From positions 63 to 64,062 of the forward strand of contig JAHHJQ010000378.1 in the NCBI GenBank assembly GCA_018680005.1: a stretch of DNA of 64,000 nucleotides, read 5' to 3'. Of this stretch, positions 30,334-40,431 are shown piece after piece. Each line of letters begins with the position of its first letter. Position 1 is the stretch's first letter. The DNA is from Bacteroidia bacterium (GTDB lineage Bacteria; Bacteroidota; Bacteroidia; Chitinophagales; Saprospiraceae). The translations under genes and the position numbers were made by a program. Below the pieces are notes generated by a model. The model was given only the letters and a program-made list of their open reading frames with translations. It was not told where the DNA came from and did not search any database.

Positions 30334-31563
30334 TCAAGCTGCTTGTAATTTCTGAAGCTTGGATTTGGATAGCTTTTGCTCAATATATTCTCGATCGATA
30401 ACCAGAGATTCCACATCATTTCTAGATGGGACTTCATACATGGCATCGTTCATTACCAACTCACAAATAGATCGCAATCCCCTAGCTCCTAATTCATATT
30501 GGATTGCTTTTTCAGCTACATATTGAATGGCATCTTCTGTAAATTCCAAATTGACATTTTCGAATTTGAAAAGTTTCGCGTATTGCTTGATTAGAGCATT
30601 TTTAGGTTCGCTCAAGATACGTCTAAGGGTATCTATATCCAATGGGTTGAGATATGTCAAAACCGGAACTCTGCCGATTAACTCTGGAATAAGTCCAAAC
30701 GTTCGAATATCTTTTTGGGTGACGTATTGCAATAAATTCTCTTTGTCAATTTGTTGTTTAGAGGCATTGTTGTATCCGATGATCTGAGTATTCAGCCGTC
30801 GTGCAATTACTTTGTCAATGCCATCAAAAGCTCCACCACAAATGAATAGAATATTATCCGTATTCATTTTGATCATTTTCTGATCCGGATGTTTTCTTCC
30901 GCCTTGTGGCGGTACATTAACTTCTGTCCCTTCCAATATCTTCAACAATGCCTGTTGAACCCCTTCTCCCGATACATCCCTTGTAATACTTGGATTATCA
31001 CTTTTCCGGGCTATTTTGTCAATCTCATCAATGTAGACAATCCCTTTCTCGGCCATGCTGACATTATAATCACACACTTGCAATAACCTACTTAAAATAC
31101 TTTCTACGTCTTCTCCTACATAACCAGCTTCAGTAAGGACAGTAGCATCAACGATGGTAAACGGAACTTCCAGTAATCGCGCAATTGTCTTTGCCAGCAA
31201 TGTTTTTCCTGTTCCTGTTTCTCCAACAAATAGAATGTTAGATTTCTCTATTTCGATTCCATCTTCTTCTCTCTGCTGATTGAGTCGCTTGAAATGATTA
31301 TAAACAGCAACCGCCAATACTTTTTTAGCTTCATTCTGACCAATCACATATTGATCAAGATATTCTTTAATTTCCTTAGGAATTTTGATTTTGACACCAG
31401 ATGCATCGAATTCCTTAAGTGCGGGTTTTGAATTTAACTCAGCATCTATAATATCACTGGCCTGTTCAACACACATATCACAGATATGGCCATCGATCCC
31501 AGCGATCAACATCTCCACCTCCACTTTTTCCCTACCACAAAATGAACATCTAGCGTTTTTCAT
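30334..31563 (-). CDS. clpX: ATP-dependent Clp protease ATP-binding subunit ClpX
   Basis: N-terminal zinc-binding CSFCGR...C..C, Walker A GETGTGKT, and Walker [10 protein letters not shown]. Confidence 0.97.
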   Translation of the reverse strand: MKNARCSFCGREKVEVEMLIAGIDGHICDMCVEQASDIIDAELNSKPALKEFDASGVKIKIPKEIKEYLDQYVIGQNEAKKVLAVAVYNHFKRLNQQREEDGIEIEKSNILFVGETGTGKTLLAKTIARLLEVPFTIVDATVLTEAGYVGEDVESILSRLLQVCDYNVSMAEKGIVYIDEIDKIARKSDNPSITRDVSGEGVQQALLKILEGTEVNVPPQGGRKHPDQKMIKMNTDNILFICGGAFDGIDKVIARRLNTQIIGYNNASKQQIDKENLLQYVTQKDIRTFGLIPELIGRVPVLTYLNPLDIDTLRRILSEPKNALIKQYAKLFKFENVNLEFTEDAIQYVAEKAIQYELGARGLRSICELVMNDAMYEVPSRNDVESLVIDREYIEQKLSKSKLQKLQAA

Positions 31564-31662
31564 CTTTCAAAGATTTGTGCAATCAAAGGTACAACTTAAA
31601 ACAATTGAGCTTTGATAACTATTTGTCACCAAAGCTCGAAAATATGTCATTAAGGAACAATC

Positions 31663-32364
31663 CTACTTCTTTTCGGATTTTCCAACAGCTCTTTCCAAGA
31701 CTTCATCAATCAAACCGTACTCCTTTGCCTCTTCAGCAGTCAACCAATTATCTCTATCACAATCTTCTTGAATTTTGTCATATTCTTGCCCGGTATGATC
31801 AGCAAGGATGTTGTACAACTCGGTCTGCATCTTCTTGATCAGTTTATATGAAATTTCCATATCTGATACCTGTCCCTGCATGCCGCCTAAAGGCTGATGG
31901 ATCATAACTCTACTATGCGGAAGACAAGTTCTTTTTCCTTTCATTCCAGCTGTCAATAATACTGCCCCCATCGATGCGGCTAATCCTGTACAAATGGTAG
32001 AAACATCAGGTGAAATGTATTGCATGGTATCATAGATTCCCAAACCAGCCATGACACTTCCGCCAGGGCTATTAATGAACATCTGAACATCTCGTTTTGG
32101 GTCCGTTGATTCCAGAAAAAGCAATTGTGCCTGAATTACGTTGGCTACATAATCATTAACCGGAACTCCCATGAAAATGATTCTGTCCATCATCAAACGC
32201 GAAAAGACATCCATTCCAACAATGTTGAGTTGTCTTTCTTCGATGACCTGAGGTGTAAAACCATGGATATTGGGAACAGTGGTCTGCATGTACTTTTCAA
32301 GGTGCATGCTATTCATTCCATGATGCTTAGTTGCGTATTTAAAGAACTCTTTTTGATCTATCAT
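31663..32364 (-). CDS. clpP: ATP-dependent Clp protease proteolytic subunit
   Basis: Active-site context GLAASMG (Ser), MIHQP (His), and a position between tig and clpX. Confidence 0.96.
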   Translation of the reverse strand: MIDQKEFFKYATKHHGMNSMHLEKYMQTTVPNIHGFTPQVIEERQLNIVGMDVFSRLMMDRIIFMGVPVNDYVANVIQAQLLFLESTDPKRDVQMFINSPGGSVMAGLGIYDTMQYISPDVSTICTGLAASMGAVLLTAGMKGKRTCLPHSRVMIHQPLGGMQGQVSDMEISYKLIKKMQTELYNILADHTGQEYDKIQEDCDRDNWLTAEEAKEYGLIDEVLERAVGKSEKK

Positions 32365-32452
32365 TTATAATCGGATTTGTATTCTAGTTATTAATACGAT
32401 GATATTAATGTACAGTTATATAATTACATCTGTACTGAAAAAAAGTTGACCA

Positions 32453-33820
32453 TTAGTTTGGTGCATATTCTTTCTCGGCAATACTTCTAAATTCGTCCAT
32501 ATCAACTTTCTTCTCCTCAAGCTTTATAAGATCCTTTAGTTTTTCGAATATCTTTTGACCGACAATGGCTTCAGCAGCCTTATTGACTTGTTCCCGATCT
32601 TGTTTGAGCCTTGCCACGGTGGAGGAGATGTATTCTTCATTTGCATACATTCCTAAGTATTGTGCTACCTGTGCACCAAAATATTTATCCAGATCTTCCT
32701 CTTTTACTTCAATGTCATATTCATTGGCTAACTCACCTTGAATCATAGTCCATTTTAACCCTTGTGCAAATTGATTATATCCTTCTTCTACTTTGTCAAC
32801 AGTATTTTCTTCACTTGACGTTACCAGCCATCTTTTCAAGAATTCGTTTGGTAATTCGATTTGATTGAGTTCTGTCAGCTTCTTCCGCAATTGCATAAAA
32901 AGAAGTGTATCACTTTCTTTCTCATAAAATTTTCCAATATCAGATTTCAGCTGCTCCAGGGCTTCCACTTCAGTTTTGATTTCATCATTTCCAAAATAGC
33001 TCTTAAAGAATTCTTCATTCATTTCAGCAAGACCAATTCTGTTGATCTCTGTGATTGTGCCGATGAAGGTATGATTCATACTTTCAGGGGCTTCGCCATC
33101 GAGACCCAAGAGATATTTTTCAACGTGTTTCTTGTCGCGATCTTTTTCAAAAGCATAAATATCAATATCCAACCTTAGGCCTTTACCTTTACCAAGAATT
33201 TGATCTATATATTGCTCATCCAAATCTTTGACAACAACAGAGAATTCATTTTCCAATCCTCCTGCTTTAATCACTCCATCTTCAGTTTCCTTGATCATCA
33301 TTCGAATGATATCTTCCTTCTCGATGTCTTCTTCTACCATTTCCTGTTTCCCCATCCTTCTGCGAGCTTTGTCCAGGTCTTCCCTTGCCATTTCGTCGGA
33401 CACCTTGATTAGATAGTAAGGTATCTCTTGTTCCTCTTCAAAGTTTTGGAATTCAAATTCCGGTGCAAGTCCAATATCAAATTTGAACTCAAAATCCTCC
33501 AATTGCTTTGTATCAAATGTAAATTGGGTTTGACTTTCTGATGGGATAGGTTGGCCCAGATACTTGATTTTTTCAGTGTCAAGATATTGGGACATCTCAT
33601 CCTGTAATTTCTTGTTGACAATATCAATAAGAATACTTTGTCCATAAGTCCTTCGGATAAAGGACATTGGGGCTTTCCCTTTTCGAAATCCTTTGATTTG
33701 AGACTTTTTCCGATAGTTTTTCAGTTCTTCGGTAAACTTAGACTCATAATCAGACTTGTTGATCTTGATGGTTAATTCTGCATTGAGGTTATCTACATCA
33801 TTCCTAATGATATCAGGCAT
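32453..33820 (-). CDS. tig: Trigger factor
   Basis: 455 aa with the ribosome-binding motif GFRKGKAP near the N-terminus, an acidic composition, and the tig-clpP-clpX order. Confidence 0.93.
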   Translation of the reverse strand: MPDIIRNDVDNLNAELTIKINKSDYESKFTEELKNYRKKSQIKGFRKGKAPMSFIRRTYGQSILIDIVNKKLQDEMSQYLDTEKIKYLGQPIPSESQTQFTFDTKQLEDFEFKFDIGLAPEFEFQNFEEEQEIPYYLIKVSDEMAREDLDKARRRMGKQEMVEEDIEKEDIIRMMIKETEDGVIKAGGLENEFSVVVKDLDEQYIDQILGKGKGLRLDIDIYAFEKDRDKKHVEKYLLGLDGEAPESMNHTFIGTITEINRIGLAEMNEEFFKSYFGNDEIKTEVEALEQLKSDIGKFYEKESDTLLFMQLRKKLTELNQIELPNEFLKRWLVTSSEENTVDKVEEGYNQFAQGLKWTMIQGELANEYDIEVKEEDLDKYFGAQVAQYLGMYANEEYISSTVARLKQDREQVNKAAEAIVGQKIFEKLKDLIKLEEKKVDMDEFRSIAEKEYAPN

Positions 33821-33915
33821 ATTGAATCTTAATTGTTAGCTGAAATTGGCAATTAATTTGAATACATGAAAAGAAAAAGGGCAAGCGAAAAGTGATTCAC
33901 CTACCCCTTTTACAG

Positions 33916-33997
33916 TGCGGATGGAGGGAATCGAACCCCCACGCCCGAAGGCACTAGATCCTAAATCTAGCGCGTCTACCAGTTCCGCCACACCCGC
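33916..33997 (-). tRNA. tRNA-Leu, anticodon UAG
   Basis: The reverse complement GCGGGTGTGGCGGAACTGGTAGACGCGCTAGATTTAGGATCTAGTGCCTTCGGGCGTGGGGGTTCGATTCCCTCCATCCGCA folds as a class II cloverleaf. It has a 7-bp acceptor stem, anticodon stem CTAGA/TCTAG with loop TTTAGGA, a long variable arm and a GGTTCGATTCC T-arm. It is very similar to E. coli tRNA-Leu. Confidence 0.95.
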
Positions 33998-34186
33998 AAA
34001 ATTTTTGATATATTTCAAAAACGGATGCAAAGTTAATTGTTTTAAGGTAAAAATGAATAGTCAATAGAAGTTCAAATCAAAATATTCTCATAAACTGTAT
34101 TTCAATGAAATTTGTAGAGAATCTTGCCACATTCAAGCAGCGTATTTCATTATTTCATAGCTTTATTTGTAGCTACTTTGATTTAA

Positions 34187-36400
34187 ATGAAAGAGACAGC
34201 AACCATAATTCACAGTTCTGAAGAACGAAAGCTCATAAGGAATGCCTATCGCAGGCTGCTCAGGTCTATCAAAGCGCCTTTGAATAAGGAGGATGCTGTC
34301 AATATTCGTAAGGCATATGACCTTGCCGTTGAGGCGCACGCAAAACAAAAACGAAAGTCCGGTGAGCCCTACATTCTTCATCCGATCGAAGTCGCCAGAA
34401 TATGCGTAGCTGAAATTGGTCTTGGACCAACGGCCATTGTATGTGCTTTGCTGCATGATGTGGTTGAAGATACTGAGGTAGGCCTTGAGGAGATCGAAGA
34501 TCAGTTTGGGATCAAAATTGCAAAAATTGTTGATGGTCTGACCAAGTTAGATGGCTCTAATAACGCGGATTCTGCTCAGGCTGAAAATTTCAAGAAGGTA
34601 CTTTCTACATTGGTTGAGGATGTACGCGTTGTACTTATAAAAATGGCCGACCGTCTCCACAACATGAGAACACTTGGCCATGTCCCACCCCATAAGCAAC
34701 TCAAAGTAGCTGCTGAAACCAGCTATATCTATGCCCCTCTGGCACATCGACTGGGTCTCTATCAAATCAAAACAGAATTTGAAGATCTGTGTATGAAAAT
34801 CACAGACAGCGAGACTTATCGTAAAATAGAGAAAAAGCTCAAGTCATCTGAAAAGGCTCGAAAAAGGTATATTAATGAATTCATGGCTCCGATAGTTAAA
34901 GGCCTGGATGACACAGAAATAATTTTCCGATTTACCGGAAGACCGAAGTCCATCTATTCTATTTCCAACAAAATCAAAACAAAGCAGGTCGATTTTGAAG
35001 AGATTTATGATTTGTTTGCGGTACGAATAATCATTGACGTTCCACCTAAAATGGAGAAACCGATTTGCTGGCAGGTCTATAGTATCATTACAGACTATTA
35101 CCAACCCATTCCTGAACGCCTCAAGGATTGGATAACGGTGCCCAAAAGTAATGGGTATGAATCTCTTCACACCACGGTAATCGGACCCAAAGGACGCTAT
35201 GTCGAAGTGCAAATCCGATCTGAACGAATGGATGAAATCGCGGAAAAAGGATTTGCTGCTCACTGGAAATATAAAGGTGTTCAAAGTAGTGATGATGTAT
35301 ATGATGACTGGCTACATGGTATCAGAGAGATTCTTGAAGACCAAGGCGCAGATGCAATAGAATTTATCAATGATTTTAAAACCAATCTTTTCCAGGAAGA
35401 GGTATACGTATATACGCCTAAAGGAGATATGAAAGTAATGCCCAAAGGGGCTACTGCCCTTGACTTTGCATTTAGTATTCACACGGATATTGGTTACCAT
35501 GCAAAGGCAATAAAGGTCAACAATAAATTGGTCCCCATGGGTTACAAGCTGGAAAACGGAGATCAGTTAAGCGTAATCACCAGTAAGAACCAGAAGCCTA
35601 ACGAAGGCTGGATAAAATGGGTCATTACAGGAAAGGCCAAAGGAAAGATCCGGTCTGCAATGAATGAAGAGCGGAAAAAGAAAGGATCATTAGGAAAAGA
35701 AGCACTTGAAAGAAAATTGAGAAATCTTAAGCTCAATTTCGAAGAGAATATAGACGCTTTTATTCGGCACTTTGGATATAAAGTTAGGGTAGATTTATAC
35801 TATGCAATAGCACAGAACGAGATCAACCTGAGTGACCTCAAAAACTTTACCATTGAAAAAGGTAAAATTTCATTCGCTGAGCCTGACATTGAACCAAAAC
35901 CAACACCAAGTGCTCCTAAAAGGATTCGAAAGAAAGCCGTAAATGGTCAATCCTTGCTTTTGATCAATGGGGAGTCTGCCGATCAATATGATTATTCATT
36001 TGCCACATGCTGCAATCCGGTTCAGGGAGATGAAGTTTTTGCCTACTTAACTGCTACTGCTGGATTGAAGATTCACCGTACCATTTGTCCCAATGCAGAG
36101 CACTTAGCTGCCAACTATGGATACAGAATTATGAAAGCGGAATGGGCATCTACTTCCAGCAGAGAGTTCGTTACAGAATTACTGATTTCAGGAATTGATG
36201 ACGGGCCAGGCGTAATTGAAAGGTTGAGTCGTGAGGTTTCTGATCTTGGATTGGATATTCGATCATTTCATATCGATGGTATGCAGGGATATTTTGAGGC
36301 AAAAGTGAGCCTTTTAGTAAATAATAAAAATCAACTCAATATTGCAATTCGAAAGCTAGAGCAACTTAGCAATGTTTCAAGAGTTAAGAGAAATAATTGA
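34187..36400 (+). CDS. rel: Bifunctional (p)ppGpp synthetase/hydrolase, RelA/SpoT (Rel) family
   Basis: HD hydrolase motifs (HPIEVA, LLHDVVEDT), synthetase domain (RPKSIYSISNK, YESLHTTV), and TGS and ACT-like C-terminal regions. Confidence 0.95.
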   Translation: MKETATIIHSSEERKLIRNAYRRLLRSIKAPLNKEDAVNIRKAYDLAVEAHAKQKRKSGEPYILHPIEVARICVAEIGLGPTAIVCALLHDVVEDTEVGLEEIEDQFGIKIAKIVDGLTKLDGSNNADSAQAENFKKVLSTLVEDVRVVLIKMADRLHNMRTLGHVPPHKQLKVAAETSYIYAPLAHRLGLYQIKTEFEDLCMKITDSETYRKIEKKLKSSEKARKRYINEFMAPIVKGLDDTEIIFRFTGRPKSIYSISNKIKTKQVDFEEIYDLFAVRIIIDVPPKMEKPICWQVYSIITDYYQPIPERLKDWITVPKSNGYESLHTTVIGPKGRYVEVQIRSERMDEIAEKGFAAHWKYKGVQSSDDVYDDWLHGIREILEDQGADAIEFINDFKTNLFQEEVYVYTPKGDMKVMPKGATALDFAFSIHTDIGYHAKAIKVNNKLVPMGYKLENGDQLSVITSKNQKPNEGWIKWVITGKAKGKIRSAMNEERKKKGSLGKEALERKLRNLKLNFEENIDAFIRHFGYKVRVDLYYAIAQNEINLSDLKNFTIEKGKISFAEPDIEPKPTPSAPKRIRKKAVNGQSLLLINGESADQYDYSFATCCNPVQGDEVFAYLTATAGLKIHRTICPNAEHLAANYGYRIMKAEWASTSSREFVTELLISGIDDGPGVIERLSREVSDLGLDIRSFHIDGMQGYFEAKVSLLVNNKNQLNIAIRKLEQLSNVSRVKRNN

Positions 36401-36469
36401 TCCGCATTATCTCTAGTTTCATATCTGTACTGATATTGTTATCTCCAACGGACTCTGTATCTTGCCAAC

Positions 36470-36952
36470 ATGCAGAGAACTCAAGACGACATTATAAAAG
36501 AAGTAATTAATATTTTCTCAAATCATCTTGAGAAAAATAGTTTTCGTAAAACTCCTGAACGGTTTGCGATTCTTGAAGAAATCTATAAAAGAACCGATCA
36601 TTTTGATGCTGAGGCCCTTTATATACATATGAAGACCAGAAATTACCGTGTGAGCCGGGCAACAGTTTACAATACCCTGGAATTACTAGTCAATTGCGAT
36701 TTGGTCAAAAAACACCAGTTTGGTAAAAACCTTGCACAGTATGAAAAGTCCTATGGTTACAAACAACATGATCACGTCATTTGTGCGCATTGCGGAAAAG
36801 TGGTTGAATTCTGCGACCCAAGAATTCAGCAAATTAAAAATATGGTTGGGGACCTCCTAAATTTCGAAATAACCCATCATGCACTCAATCTTTATGGTAT
36901 CTGTGGTTCCTGCCAGAAAGAACATGATACAAGATCACCGGACACAACATAA
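36470..36952 (+). CDS. fur: Fur-family metal-responsive transcriptional repressor
   Basis: Winged-helix region (RVSRATVYNTLELL), HHDHVIC..CG and C-terminal CGSC metal-site motifs. Confidence 0.88.
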   Translation: MQRTQDDIIKEVINIFSNHLEKNSFRKTPERFAILEEIYKRTDHFDAEALYIHMKTRNYRVSRATVYNTLELLVNCDLVKKHQFGKNLAQYEKSYGYKQHDHVICAHCGKVVEFCDPRIQQIKNMVGDLLNFEITHHALNLYGICGSCQKEHDTRSPDTT

Positions 36953-37063
36953 ATCTCAATAAATACAGTAGGCATAGATAGGTATTTGGCCAAAAGACCT
37001 CTAAATTCGCATCTTGGTCTAAATATATTTTTATTACTATCCATATATTCAAAATATATCAGA

Positions 37064-38347
37064 ATGGTAGATGTACTTCTAGGATTACAGTGGGGAGATG
37101 AGGGCAAAGGTAAAATCGTTGATTACCTAGCCCCTCAATATGACATTGTAGCACGATTTCAAGGTGGCCCAAATGCCGGACATACTCTGAAATTTGAGGG
37201 CAAAAAGTTTGTCCTTCATACTATTCCTTCTGGCATATTTAGAGAGGGCATTATGAATTTCATTGGAAACGGAGTTGTCGTTGACCCAATTACGATTTCT
37301 GATGAAATAGCCAAGCTTATTTCGTTTGGTGTCGACTATCAGAATCGGCTATTCATTTCCAAAAAAGCACATCTCATTTTACCGACACATCGGTTAATTG
37401 ATGCTACTTCTGAGGCTGCCAAAGGAAAGAAAAAGATTGGTTCCACGCTTAAAGGAATTGGGCCGACTTACATGGATAAGACAGGTAGAAACGGGCTCCG
37501 AGTTGGAGACCTTACCATGCCGAATTTTGAATCCAGATATCAGGCATTACGAGAGAAGCATTTAGATCTCATTAGATTATATCCAGAAATTGAATTTGAT
37601 CTGGCAGGAGAAGAAACTAAGTGGTTTGAGAGCATTGAAGTTCTGAAATCTATTAAACAAGTGGATGGTGTCTACTACATAAACAATGCTATTGCCTCAG
37701 GGAAAAAGATTCTTGCTGAAGGAGCGCAGGGGTCTATGCTGGACATAGACTTTGGTACCTATCCATACGTTACTTCCTCTAATACTATAGCCTCAGGCGT
37801 TTGCAATGGACTTGGCATTGCACCGACCAAAATTGGGGAAATAATCGGCATTGCCAAAGCATATTGTACACGCGTAGGCAGTGGCCCCTTCCCAACTGAA
37901 TTGAATGATGAAGTTGGTGAGAAACTAAGAAAAATTGGTCAGGAATTTGGGGCAACGACAGGACGAGCAAGAAGGTGCGGTTGGTTGGATTTACCCCAAT
38001 TGAAGTATAGCATTCTTATCAATGGTATAACACAACTAGTAATTACAAAAGCTGATGTTCTAAATACTTTTGAAGCAATTAATGTTGCTACTGCATATCG
38101 CTACGATGGAATGGAGCAAGTTCATTTACCATATGATCTGGAAACGATAAAAGTAACACCAAAATATAAATCCATTGAGGGATGGACATCTGATTTGGAG
38201 GGTTTGCTAGGATTTGAAATGTTACCTGACAAACTTTTGAATTATCTCAAGTTCATAGAATCTTTTGTGGATGTTCCAATTACTATGGTCTCAACAGGTC
38301 CAGAAAGGAAAAAACTGATTGTCAAAAAAGAGTATTTGCATGCCTAG
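37064..38347 (+). CDS. purA: Adenylosuccinate synthase
   Basis: MVDVLLGLQWGDEGKGK P-loop at the ATG at 37064, plus GPNAGHT and GTTGRGIGP-like (GSTLKGIGPTY) motifs. The 26-codon upstream extension in the track is not PurA-like. Confidence 0.96.
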   Translation: MVDVLLGLQWGDEGKGKIVDYLAPQYDIVARFQGGPNAGHTLKFEGKKFVLHTIPSGIFREGIMNFIGNGVVVDPITISDEIAKLISFGVDYQNRLFISKKAHLILPTHRLIDATSEAAKGKKKIGSTLKGIGPTYMDKTGRNGLRVGDLTMPNFESRYQALREKHLDLIRLYPEIEFDLAGEETKWFESIEVLKSIKQVDGVYYINNAIASGKKILAEGAQGSMLDIDFGTYPYVTSSNTIASGVCNGLGIAPTKIGEIIGIAKAYCTRVGSGPFPTELNDEVGEKLRKIGQEFGATTGRARRCGWLDLPQLKYSILINGITQLVITKADVLNTFEAINVATAYRYDGMEQVHLPYDLETIKVTPKYKSIEGWTSDLEGLLGFEMLPDKLLNYLKFIESFVDVPITMVSTGPERKKLIVKKEYLHA

Positions 38348-39042
38348 TATTTGGATTGGGCGATAATTATATATTGATACTGAAGTGAAGTTTCATCTAC
38401 ATTCAGAATCTCATATCCACATTCTTCAAGTTCCTGAGTAACCTGATACGCCGACATTTTTATTGAAGCATCTGGCCCAATGGGCAATTCTCCTGGCTTA
38501 TAGTCAACGACAATTACCCTACCTTTAGGTTTGAGATTTTTTTTGAGATTTGAAAAGTAGGCTACTCTTTCCTGAATATATATATAGGTATTTGCTACTA
38601 AAACTTCATCGGCCTCTGCTATTTTGAGCTCAGGATTCGTCGGAGTCCCCAATCTGGTTTCAAATTTACTCAGCTGAGATACAGTAAGTTGGTCATACTT
38701 GACACTGTCCATAAAAGTTACAAACCTTGGATCAATATCCACTGCAATCACTTTACCTGCGCGTCCAACGAGCCTAAAGGCAAAATAACCCGATCCAGCA
38801 CCCAGATCTACGATTGTTTTATTCTCAATATCATCAATGAGTGCTATGATCATTTCCGGTTTTTGCCAAATGACCCGCTCATTACTCTCGTATTGCTCTA
38901 ATAGATTTTCAAACTCGGATGGTTTTTCAGGAACTTCTTCCTGACCCTTATTTACAGAAGAATTTGAATCTGGTGGATTGCTGCAGGCAAGGTTACCGAT
39001 GGTAAGCATCAATGCAAATGCCATAAAATAATTCCATCTCAT
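38344..39042 (-). CDS. Class I SAM-dependent methyltransferase with an N-terminal lipoprotein-type signal peptide
   Basis: SAM-binding motif I VDLGAGSGYFAFRL and motif II-like VIAVD. From the ATG at 39042 the N-terminus is MRWNYFMAFALMLTIGNLACS. The track start is GTG at 39072. Confidence 0.8.
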   Translation of the reverse strand: MRWNYFMAFALMLTIGNLACSNPPDSNSSVNKGQEEVPEKPSEFENLLEQYESNERVIWQKPEMIIALIDDIENKTIVDLGAGSGYFAFRLVGRAGKVIAVDIDPRFVTFMDSVKYDQLTVSQLSKFETRLGTPTNPELKIAEADEVLVANTYIYIQERVAYFSNLKKNLKPKGRVIVVDYKPGELPIGPDASIKMSAYQVTQELEECGYEILNVDETSLQYQYIIIAQSKY

Positions 39043-39058
39043 ATAGTAAATATCTTTT

Positions 39059-40423
39059 TCAGCAGCCTTCACCTAACCCTTTTTGCTTGAGGGCCGGTCT
39101 CGTAAAGTTAAATTTTTTGATCTCGAAAATCATTACCCCGAATACTAAAACATATTCTAAAGCAACGATCCATAGATTTTCACTAAAAGGTTCATATGTA
39201 TAGTTGAAATAAGACCCTATGATAACAAAACTCCATAGTATTGGAAATCGATAATCTGAAAATAGACAAAGAGCAATCATCGGCGTAATATACCAGGGAT
39301 GAACCAAGGAAGATAAAGAAAGGTAGATGGTCATCCCCCAAAGACATAGTGTAGGAAAGTTTCTTAAATACCCATTACGATTCCACCATGTTAATATCCA
39401 GATTGACAAAAACACCATAATGCCAAGCATAGGTCCTGCCGATTGGATGATGTTGTACCCTTTATATTGAAATCCAACCCATCTGATCACATAATATACA
39501 CTCGCATTGAATTCAAATCTCTGAAAGTAGAGTGATAAACTATCACCTAAATTTTCGAGCAATGTCAGATCATAGAAAGGTATTGCAAAAAAGACTAACC
39601 CCATTCCCACAAAGAGATAATACCGCATGACTTTTCTCCACGGTAACAGTACCAGCAAGAAAGGTAGAAACATCAAGGGCAACAATTTAGAAGCAATCGC
39701 GGCTGCCATCGCCATCGCCGACCACCATATCCTATTCTTCCACAGCAGTACGATGGAAAGCAACAAGAAGAATATCATTGCCGCTTCTAAATGGCCATTA
39801 CCAGAAAGCTCAATTATAATTAATGGATTGAGCGCATAAAGGAGTACTCTTTTTTTTGAGCCTATAATTTCTTTTAAGAGAAATATCAGAATCAGGATGG
39901 ATCCCATATCCATCAAAGACAAAATGCTTTTCATCACAACGGAAAATCCATAGATACTTTCAGGAAAAATCCAAGCACTAAAAGCAAAGATCCATTGACC
40001 TACTGTTGGGTAAATCGAAAAATATTCCTGTGAATTTAGCTGATCAAATAAAAACTGATCAAGTCCTTTAATTTGATTTCCCTCTAAAAGATAGAATAAC
40101 GGTAGTTGCTCAAAAGCTGAGATTCCCTCAAGATACAATCGTCCATCCCAAACAAATCTATAGATATCATCTGATAATCCAGGAAAAGCTATTCCTGCAG
40201 CAGCTCTCGCTACAAAAGCAGCAATGATCAGTGTCGTAAATGACAATCCTTGATCGGACCTAAAAATGAAATACATATAACCTGCAAAGGCCACGATGTA
40301 AAGAGTGACAATCCAATTGAAATCCTTCTGTCCGACACAAAATGCTAATCCCAGAATAGATGACAACCAGAGGATCAGAATAAAAACAGAAAGAATATCG
40401 TACTTAACCTGAACTTTGGACAT
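39059..40423 (-). CDS. Polytopic membrane protein, GT-C-like (DUF2029/GT87-like) putative polyprenyl-phosphate-sugar-dependent glycosyltransferase
   Basis: About 12 hydrophobic helices, an early loop with acidic residues (GLSDDIYRFVWDG), and operon context with two GT2 genes. This is an assignment by resemblance only. Confidence 0.5.
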   Translation of the reverse strand: MSKVQVKYDILSVFILILWLSSILGLAFCVGQKDFNWIVTLYIVAFAGYMYFIFRSDQGLSFTTLIIAAFVARAAAGIAFPGLSDDIYRFVWDGRLYLEGISAFEQLPLFYLLEGNQIKGLDQFLFDQLNSQEYFSIYPTVGQWIFAFSAWIFPESIYGFSVVMKSILSLMDMGSILILIFLLKEIIGSKKRVLLYALNPLIIIELSGNGHLEAAMIFFLLLSIVLLWKNRIWWSAMAMAAAIASKLLPLMFLPFLLVLLPWRKVMRYYLFVGMGLVFFAIPFYDLTLLENLGDSLSLYFQRFEFNASVYYVIRWVGFQYKGYNIIQSAGPMLGIMVFLSIWILTWWNRNGYLRNFPTLCLWGMTIYLSLSSLVHPWYITPMIALCLFSDYRFPILWSFVIIGSYFNYTYEPFSENLWIVALEYVLVFGVMIFEIKKFNFTRPALKQKGLGEGC

Positions 40424-40431
40424 TGGTTACA

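Noticed and set aside
33836-34030. A 64-aa ORF on the minus strand
   Set aside because: It overlaps the tRNA-Leu gene (33916-33997), and its 'protein' is simply the translated tRNA sequence.
36986-37063. A 26-codon N-terminal extension of purA in the ORF track
   Set aside because: The canonical PurA N-terminus MVDVLLGLQWGDEGKGK begins at the ATG at 37064, and the extension is unlike PurA sequences. The same reasoning was applied to trim the 23983, 38344-39072, 41942-42667, 58113-58487 and 61532 ORFs.
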